The translations under genes and the position numbers were made by a program. Shown piece by piece: positions 57,643-64,000 of a stretch of DNA of 64,000 nucleotides; the stretch's first letter is position 1; every line of letters starts with the position of its first letter. The DNA is taken from sequence record NC_041911.1; one strand, written 5' to 3'. The notes under the pieces were generated by a model. It made no database searches. It was given only the letters and a program-made list of their open reading frames with translations, and was not told the DNA's origin.

Positions 57643-58020
57643 TTAATCGTTCTTCAGGCCTGCGAAACGGAAGTGGAGCTGACGATTACCATTCTTCTCA
57701 GCGAAGTAGAAGACGAAGATATTGGACTTCTCGGGATGATCACGATACCAGACCTTGCATTCCCACTGTTCGCTGAATGTCGGAAAGTCGTTGTAGGCCA
57801 GTTCGATCGCATCTGCCATAGCGTAGCGCATGATCGCTGATTCCATTGCGACTTCGCTAGTGTTAGTAGCGTCGATACGTTTCTGCAGCTCGGTGAGGAT
57901 AGAGTGCAAGACTTCCTTACCGTGACTTGCACCGTCGAGATAGACGCATTTGTTGGTCAGGTACTTGGCAACTTGTTGCTTAGCAGCTTCTGCGGCGAGA
58001 CTGATAACATTGCTGATCAT
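57643..58020 (-). CDS. Hypothetical protein
   Basis: Start MISNVI with GGAG RBS. Confidence 0.6.
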   Translation of the reverse strand: MISNVISLAAEAAKQQVAKYLTNKCVYLDGASHGKEVLHSILTELQKRIDATNTSEVAMESAIMRYAMADAIELAYNDFPTFSEQWECKVWYRDHPEKSNIFVFYFAEKNGNRQLHFRFAGLKND

Positions 58021-58095
58021 GATAGACTCCAAAGTTTTTAGTGTTTGTGAAATGCTTAATAGAAGGGCCACTCAAGTAAGAAGTGACCAATCTAT

Positions 58096-58527
58096 TTAGC
58101 ACTCGGAACGAATTACGTATGCTGCTTTTGTTACCTTTGTACCTTTGCTGCAATACTGCAGCTCGAAATGATCCGTCGATTGGACGTCATTGTCGAAGAA
58201 CAACCACGCATCGAAATCATCATCGCCAGCAGTGGCGATTGCATGATTTAGGATGCTCAGGAAGCGCGCGTCTTCCCGTACTACTCGTTGTACTGCTTCC
58301 TCGGCTGTGCCGAGTTGTTGGAGTTTGTTGATGCGCAGGTTGCACCAGAACAGCAACACCTTGGTCAAACCGTCATGCTCTTTGGTGAGCTTGACGCACT
58401 GCATGTTGCGGACTTTGGGAGCAACTGGGCGAACGCTGTGGCCCGACGCCAATACTAAGCCGCGGAGCATGTGAAACCCCACGAACTTAGCGGTACTACC
58501 GGACAACACGTTAGACAGGATACCCAT
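58096..58527 (-). CDS. Hypothetical protein
   Basis: 143 aa, AAAGGAG RBS. Confidence 0.6.
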   Translation of the reverse strand: MGILSNVLSGSTAKFVGFHMLRGLVLASGHSVRPVAPKVRNMQCVKLTKEHDGLTKVLLFWCNLRINKLQQLGTAEEAVQRVVREDARFLSILNHAIATAGDDDFDAWLFFDNDVQSTDHFELQYCSKGTKVTKAAYVIRSEC

Positions 58528-58716
58528 GGTAACTCCTTTGCGAAAAAGAAAACAACGAAAAAGGCAGGGGGAAGAGCTTACGCCCCTCCCCCTTTTTAAG
58601 TGCTGGGTTCCGAATGGAACCAGCTAAAGGAAAAGGAACCACTAGCACATTGCTAGTATTGTTCAAGGTTAGAATATGTGGTTGAAAATTATTTCATTTG
58701 ATCTTAACGGCATAAA

Positions 58717-58744
58717 AGCGAGAGGGGCAAGCGCCCCTCTCGCT
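58717..58744. terminator. Terminator hairpin
   Basis: AGCGAGAGGGGC/GCCCCTCTCGCT flanked by GGCATAAA and TATGCC. Confidence 0.75.
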
Positions 58745-59546
58745 ATGCCTGCGGCGTAGTGGTGTGAGTTGTGCGATGGAAGAAAACCGCGTGATTAGAG
58801 CCGACTGGAATACGGTCCTTTATCGCCGTTGCAAGCCTGACCATGATCTGTGGCAGAGCATTCAGATTCTTACCGGCGTTAACGGTAGCATCTGCCTGCA
58901 GTGTTACAGATACATGGACGGTGCCTGTCGTATTACGCTTCTTACAGTTATCAATCACAAAGCGCTCACCATTGCCAGTGCTAGTCACCGCATAGGTTTT
59001 GAGCTGTTCTGCTGCATCAACAATACAAGCCCAGCCGTCTTGCGCCATCGCCTCGATCATTTCATCAACTAGAATCGGGATGGAGTCTACCCCAATTTCC
59101 AAATCACGCAGTTTGTGCCAGCGGTCCTTGTGATAAGCACTAATCGAGCTAGTTACGTGGTCACTAATCTTTCCAGTGGCATCGTACTTACCGATAACGC
59201 TAACCGTTAGTCGCACCGGGCGTTGTTTCTGCTTAGAAATGACGTTGAGCTGATTACAGATATCGATGCAGGCACTCTTCTGATCACTGGGTTCAGATAG
59301 AGCCGCTGCATAAGACGCTAAGTCCGTGAACGGAACGAGCTTGTCATCTGTCTTGTTTTTCGGAGCAGGGGGCTCTTCCGGCAATGCAACTTCCGGCTCG
59401 CCGGAAGAGTCCCTTGGTGCTTCCTGTTCACTATCTTCCCGCATCTCTTTGGTTATCTCTTTGGGAAGAATGACGGCACCGATAGCAACCAAAGCATACC
59501 CCACCACGGCGCGGATGCTCAGCAGAAGGCGTGTGAGTAGTTTCAT
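58743..59546 (-). CDS. Hypothetical protein with N-terminal membrane anchor
   Basis: Hydrophobic AVVGYALVAIGAVILP, then a Pro/Glu linker; ATGA overlap with the upstream gene. Confidence 0.6.
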   Translation of the reverse strand: MKLLTRLLLSIRAVVGYALVAIGAVILPKEITKEMREDSEQEAPRDSSGEPEVALPEEPPAPKNKTDDKLVPFTDLASYAAALSEPSDQKSACIDICNQLNVISKQKQRPVRLTVSVIGKYDATGKISDHVTSSISAYHKDRWHKLRDLEIGVDSIPILVDEMIEAMAQDGWACIVDAAEQLKTYAVTSTGNGERFVIDNCKKRNTTGTVHVSVTLQADATVNAGKNLNALPQIMVRLATAIKDRIPVGSNHAVFFHRTTHTTTPQA

Positions 59547-60556
59547 TTTCCTCCTTTGAGGAGCATAGCAACGAAGGTCTCGTTGATCTTGTTGATGAGT
59601 GCGTACTTGATCGTTTCACCCCGGTCGACCAAATAAGTCGGCGGGTTTACGATCTCGCGCTCTTTGATCACCGGGATCAGGCGATCAATCACAGCAGCGA
59701 TTACGCCAGCATACTGATTGAATACCGCCGACCAATCACCCGAAGCGATCAGTGGAATGATCTTCCGCAGTTGGCGAACTTCAGGGTCTTCGCCCATCAC
59801 TTCCAGATAATGATCAAACAGCTCGCCCAAAGTGAGCGTGCGGTTAAGACCAAGCCACGGAATCATCCGGCTAGTGGTAGCTGCCCAACCCATCAGCAGT
59901 CGATACAGGCCATCCGTAACTTCTGAACGCCGTACTTCTTCCCAGCACTTGATGATCTCCACAGCTTTGGCGGCACGACCGTAACCAGTGTGCTTGTACT
60001 TGTTCGGATCGTACGAAACCATTGCGAAGTGATGCAACTGGGTTACCACTTCCAGAGCATTCCAGGACAGCTGAATATTGTCCAAAGCGATGCGGAAATC
60101 CAGATTACAGCGGCTGATCTCCTGCACGAAGAAGTCGAAGCTCACGAAGTTCAGCTGGATACGAGTCTCTCTGACATCGCACCGACCCATCGGCGCCATT
60201 CCGCCTGGTGTTATGCTAATGGCTTCGATACTGAGATTGTGGAGCTGCTTAAGCGTGAACGAGATCTGCGGCGGCAGGATGTCTTCTTCCTTGAACTGCC
60301 GGGTGTCAAAGTTGATGGCCTTGACATACTGGATCAGCGGACCGTGATACACGACGTAGAAGTCGTAATCCGAGTCCGGGCCAGCGTAACCTTTTGCCTG
60401 CGAGCCAAACAGGCCAGCAAACAAGAGCGTGATGTTGTATTGCTTGGCGATTTCTTCCAAGCGTTCTTTGACATGCGGCAGATACCATTGCTTAGCTGCT
60501 TTGTGTGCTGCACGCTGTTGTTCGAGTGCTACCGTTGTCATCCTTATTCCCGCCAT
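59543..60556 (-). CDS. Pol-beta-family nucleotidyltransferase (PF10127/YcgL/RlaP-like)
   Basis: LFAGLFGSQAKGYAGPDSDYDFYVVY: GS.A.G....DSD.D. Confidence 0.78.
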   Translation of the reverse strand: MAGIRMTTVALEQQRAAHKAAKQWYLPHVKERLEEIAKQYNITLLFAGLFGSQAKGYAGPDSDYDFYVVYHGPLIQYVKAINFDTRQFKEEDILPPQISFTLKQLHNLSIEAISITPGGMAPMGRCDVRETRIQLNFVSFDFFVQEISRCNLDFRIALDNIQLSWNALEVVTQLHHFAMVSYDPNKYKHTGYGRAAKAVEIIKCWEEVRRSEVTDGLYRLLMGWAATTSRMIPWLGLNRTLTLGELFDHYLEVMGEDPEVRQLRKIIPLIASGDWSAVFNQYAGVIAAVIDRLIPVIKEREIVNPPTYLVDRGETIKYALINKINETFVAMLLKGGK

Positions 60557-60619
60557 TCAGTAGTTCATTAGTGACTAGGCCGTGCTTAGTTTCAAACACG
60601 GCCTAGCCCTGAAGATGGA

Positions 60620-61525
60620 TCACACGGTGATCTCTTCACTTTCTTGATCTTCACCATTGAGAAGTTCTTGATACAGGTCAATCATCTCGCGTGTTTCCTC
60701 AGCTCGGGTCGGGACGCGACGCGGATGCTTGCGAACGTAGTCGGTAGCCTCTTGCAGAACCTTGTCGGTAAAGATCTGCAACAACCCCATGGCTTCCTCG
60801 CTCACACCTTGCGGGGCTACGAAAGGGCTGCGCTCAACGCGAGCACGAATCACACCAAGCACCGGCCGCTGGAAGCCTTCCGAGAATGCCCCGCCCCACT
60901 GATCGATGTTGAGCGTGATCAGTTCATCGACGGTACGGCAATGCTGCTTATCGCCGCCAATGTAGGCCAGTACACGATGCGCCGACCAGAGGATGCCCAA
61001 GTAGGTGCGTTCCTGTTTGAACTCCAGCCCGCTACCCTGAATCTGCGAGAGCGTGTGCATCGACTTGGTGATGTGTTCTGCGCAACGGAACACAAGGTTC
61101 TCAACGCAAAAGTAGTCTTCCGCCACCGGGTCGAACAGAAACTTGATCCGTTCGTTCTCCTTAGCGAAACTTTCGTACGCCATCAGCGAGAACGTGCTGC
61201 AGTTCATGATGCCGCGCAACAGCGAGCGCATGTCCAGTATCGAGACCATAATCGGCCAACCCAGCTCGTGTGTCAGCTTGGTCGACAGATCTGCCAGTCG
61301 CTTGCGACGCTCTTCAAGCGTGCCCTCGAAGAAAGGCACGTTCGTCATGTTGATGTAATCCGACACCGGACGATTGAGCAAAAAGCACATGTCGATGTCG
61401 GAGTTCGGGTCATTGAAGCCGCGCAGCATGGAGCCATGAATGGCCGAAGCTACCACTTCCAGTCCCAGATGGCGGGATACGAGCACGCTCGCCTCAGCGA
61501 GTTTTTCCTTGTTGTTGTCCAGCAT
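60620..61525 (-). CDS. Pol-beta-family nucleotidyltransferase, tandem paralog
   Basis: ASAIHGSMLRGFNDPNSDIDMCFLL..P..DY. Confidence 0.78.
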   Translation of the reverse strand: MLDNNKEKLAEASVLVSRHLGLEVVASAIHGSMLRGFNDPNSDIDMCFLLNRPVSDYINMTNVPFFEGTLEERRKRLADLSTKLTHELGWPIMVSILDMRSLLRGIMNCSTFSLMAYESFAKENERIKFLFDPVAEDYFCVENLVFRCAEHITKSMHTLSQIQGSGLEFKQERTYLGILWSAHRVLAYIGGDKQHCRTVDELITLNIDQWGGAFSEGFQRPVLGVIRARVERSPFVAPQGVSEEAMGLLQIFTDKVLQEATDYVRKHPRRVPTRAEETREMIDLYQELLNGEDQESEEITV

Positions 61526-61571
61526 GATTAGGTCCTCGTCTATGTTAAGGTACTACTGTCTTTACTCCAAT

Positions 61572-61582
61572 GGTAATATGTG
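61572..61582 (-). promoter_or_regulatory. Early-promoter-like motif CACATATTACC
   Basis: Identical to 43132-43142; 46 nt upstream of the NTase pair. Confidence 0.6.
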
Positions 61583-61646
61583 CATGAAAACCACACCATT
61601 AGAGTTACCCCTTCGTCATAGAAGGACAACCAGCTGTAAAAAGTGA

Positions 61647-62054
61647 TTAGAAGTAAACCTGGATACAGTGATGGTCCATCTCGTTCTGGCGGGCATCTTG
61701 GTTAAAGATGCGAGCACAGATTACACCGTGACAGCCTTTAGCATTCTCCTTAGCCCACTGGCTGGTCAGTTTCTCGAAACCGATATAGCTACAGAACCAC
61801 AGACGATCATCGTTATTACCGACAGTTTTGGTATAGCCTTCTTCGTAGAACTGTGGTGCAGTAACGACGTCAAAGATATGACTCTTGACACCGCCGAGGT
61901 CTGGATTGGATTCATACCAGTCAACTAGCAGGATAGCCAGAATGACGCGCAAGTTAGCGCGCAGTTCTGCATCAGAGTCAGCACGACCGACGCCATGCAA
62001 CATCGTTCTGGTGTAAACACGGTTATTGGGATTGACAATGTGGAGATAGGCCAT
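61647..62054 (-). CDS. Hypothetical protein
   Basis: 135-aa ORF. Confidence 0.5.
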   Translation of the reverse strand: MAYLHIVNPNNRVYTRTMLHGVGRADSDAELRANLRVILAILLVDWYESNPDLGGVKSHIFDVVTAPQFYEEGYTKTVGNNDDRLWFCSYIGFEKLTSQWAKENAKGCHGVICARIFNQDARQNEMDHHCIQVYF

Positions 62055-62125
62055 GGTAGTCTGGGTTAGTAAGTAGGTAACATGAAATGTGTAACTGGGT
62101 AACTTTTACCCACGTAAACAAAAAA

Positions 62126-62154
62126 ATAAAGACCGGGACGAACCCGGTCTTTAT
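62126..62154. terminator. Terminator hairpin
   Basis: ATAAAGACCGGG/CCCGGTCTTTAT, followed by GCC. Confidence 0.7.
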
Positions 62155-62170
62155 GCCGGCCTAAAGCCGA

Positions 62171-62833
62171 TTAGTGCAGCGCCCCCAGCAACACGACCAG
62201 CATATGGTACTGGTCGTTCGCGGAGCCGTTCAGCAGCTGGTGCTTCGGATCGCTGAGGTCGAGTTCTTTGGTGAAATCGATCTCGGTAACGTTGGCGCCG
62301 GCGACTGCGGCTTTCAGGTGTTCCGAGAACGGAGCGTGGGTGCATTTCAACCACTGGCAGAGTTCAAACAGCCAGTAGCATTCGCCCAGCGTGTGTTTCG
62401 GAGTATCATCGATCGCGGCGATCATGCTTGCCAGATCTTGGATGGATGGGGCGCTGGTGTGCTGCAGATTCTTATTCACCAGGTTGCGTTCGAACTCTTC
62501 AGCGATGTTCTGACGCTCCGGGCTAGCTTCATCGGAGATGATCACGCGCAGAACCGTGTTGCGTCCGAAGAACTGATGGTTGGCCAGCAGCCACGGCACA
62601 CACAACAGGTAGGACGGGCTGCGGACATTGCGATCGAAATACTGGAAGCAGTTGTTGATCGCTGCTTGGAAGCGATAGCGGATGAGCCCGCGACGTTCTT
62701 CCAGACCTGCAGGCGCAGCACGCAGGTGATGCATGGCGCGCGCAGCATTTTCATGTTCTTTCTCGATGGCTTGGAGGAAAGCCTCCACCGAGACGATGTC
62801 CGGATTCGTATTAGCGTCGGGATGCGTATTCAT
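62171..62833 (-). CDS. Hypothetical protein
   Basis: Start MNTHPD with AGGAG RBS. Confidence 0.65.
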   Translation of the reverse strand: MNTHPDANTNPDIVSVEAFLQAIEKEHENAARAMHHLRAAPAGLEERRGLIRYRFQAAINNCFQYFDRNVRSPSYLLCVPWLLANHQFFGRNTVLRVIISDEASPERQNIAEEFERNLVNKNLQHTSAPSIQDLASMIAAIDDTPKHTLGECYWLFELCQWLKCTHAPFSEHLKAAVAGANVTEIDFTKELDLSDPKHQLLNGSANDQYHMLVVLLGALH

Positions 62834-62887
62834 AGCGAAACTCCTAAAGAGGGTACAGCAGTTGAGTGGATAAAACTTCGGCATAAG

Positions 62888-62909
62888 CCCAGAGGCCGTA
62901 GCCTCTGGG
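62888..62909. terminator. Terminator hairpin
   Basis: CCCAGAGGC/GCCTCTGGG preceded by GGCATAA. Confidence 0.65.
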
Positions 62910-62935
62910 TCATTATAGAGCAAATGACTTGCGAG

Positions 62936-63292
62936 TTACCAGTACCAATACCCAGCACCGTCAGGACGAACCTTCGCCATCACCTCGTAATCTGGATTCC
63001 GCGTATAGCGATGCAGCTCACGAGCAGTATGATGGCGATGCTCTTTTTCGTACTCGCGGCGATACCACTTTGGGATACCGGCGCGACGATATTCCTTGGT
63101 AAAACAGTCACCGAGCTTCTTACGAAGATCGGCGTAATCTGTCTTGCTGAGTTGGCGCTTGGCTTCTCGCCAACCACCGGCAGTCAGAGGAATCCAGTAC
63201 ATCTCATCGAAATACCAATCACCGTAGTCATAACGAACATCAATGCGGTAATCAAGAGGTTGGCTGGGGTTCTGGCGGTAAGTGCGTGACAT
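62936..63292 (-). CDS. Basic, aromatic-rich hypothetical protein
   Basis: 118 aa, GGAG RBS. Confidence 0.6.
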   Translation of the reverse strand: MSRTYRQNPSQPLDYRIDVRYDYGDWYFDEMYWIPLTAGGWREAKRQLSKTDYADLRKKLGDCFTKEYRRAGIPKWYRREYEKEHRHHTARELHRYTRNPDYEVMAKVRPDGAGYWYW

Positions 63293-63366
63293 GTTGAGGT
63301 TCTCCGATTAAGTTGCACAATCGGGTACTCGTATGCCATCGCATGGCGATGTAATGTTCGGTCACG

Positions 63367-63756
63367 TTACACGTAGGCCAGCAGGGTATGGACTGCGTTG
63401 TTCGGTTCCACCAGTGTGATCACGACTTCGCGACAGGCCTCGGGATAGTGCTCACTAACCCAAGGGCTGGTGATTTCGCGCACGCCGATGCGGCCGAGCT
63501 TGACCTTCGGGTCATCGGACAGGAGGGCGATCTGGTCGGGCACTGCCGATTCACCGGCAGTGTAGCGGTCGCTGATCTCGTCGAGCACGATCCGGACAAC
63601 AGGTTTGGCATCGCCATTGGAATCGTACACGATGAGCGCGTCAGCCATCTCTTCCGTGTAGTCCTTCAGGCGATAAGAAGTGGGGTCGCTAGCCTTGGTG
63701 TTGGCCGCATTACGGACAACGACGTGTTTGGTCAGATCAACAATTACAACACTCAT
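63367..63756 (-). CDS. Hypothetical protein
   Basis: 129 aa, AGGAGG RBS. Confidence 0.6.
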   Translation of the reverse strand: MSVVIVDLTKHVVVRNAANTKASDPTSYRLKDYTEEMADALIVYDSNGDAKPVVRIVLDEISDRYTAGESAVPDQIALLSDDPKVKLGRIGVREITSPWVSEHYPEACREVVITLVEPNNAVHTLLAYV

Positions 63757-63783
63757 TGAAGCCTCCTAAGAAGTAAAGATAAG

Positions 63784-63996
63784 TCAAACAGTGGTGGTAT
63801 CGGCTTTAGCCTTGAAAATCTCATCAGCGGCAGCGGGCGCTGTTACCGCTTTAACGAAGCCTTGCGGATTGCCCTCATTCGCCATGTAGTACGCACTGGC
63901 ATCACAACCGCGCAGAGCACGTTCGATCGGGGTATGTTCGGGCCATTGCTCGTCATAGAGCTGCTCGTAATACTCTTTGATGCTGCGCGGAGACAT
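63784..63996 (-). CDS. Small hypothetical protein (start may lie beyond the window)
   Basis: 70-aa ORF on the same strand as the array. Confidence 0.45.
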   Translation of the reverse strand: MSPRSIKEYYEQLYDEQWPEHTPIERALRGCDASAYYMANEGNPQGFVKAVTAPAAADEIFKAKADTTTV

Positions 63997-64000
63997 GCGT

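Noticed and set aside
1-64000. tRNA genes, CRISPR arrays, integrase, introns and inteins
   Set aside because: No cloverleaf with a T-loop in intergenic DNA, no regularly spaced repeats, and helicase and RNAP genes are uninterrupted and of expected size.

Overview
A 64-kb segment of a phiKZ-like jumbo myophage (Chimalliviridae-type). The assignment rests on split RNA polymerase beta subunits (virion beta C-terminal and non-virion beta N-terminal), a UvsX/RecA-like ATPase, RNase H, a central spike, SbcC, RuvC, portal, major capsid protein and DnaB; chimallin is not in this window, so nucleus formation is inferred only. Bases 1-48 kb are mostly core replication, structural and lysis genes; 48.8-64 kb is a minus-strand accessory array. 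Best candidate for an undescribed system is 20.4-28.0 kb, directly behind two tail-fibre genes. It holds a 65-aa protein ending in NCNCNCAC that shares a GQ-x19-HTH module with the neighbouring 125-aa protein, a coupled unknown protein, four tandem radical SAM enzymes and a DUF3050 (heme-oxygenase-like diiron) protein. This looks like RiPP-type modification machinery, possibly acting on a virion fibre-tip protein. Other highlights: a ~570-nt densely base-paired non-coding region (54.2-54.8 kb); two paralogous secreted LprI-like proteins; three Pol-beta-like nucleotidyltransferases; a CYTH protein; two free-standing homing endonucleases, one with an RBS-sequestering hairpin; a CATAA/TTATG-flanked hairpin family; and a CATATTAC early-promoter-like motif. 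No tRNA or CRISPR array was seen. phiKZ orthologue numbers come from recalled motifs and synteny, not database searches.
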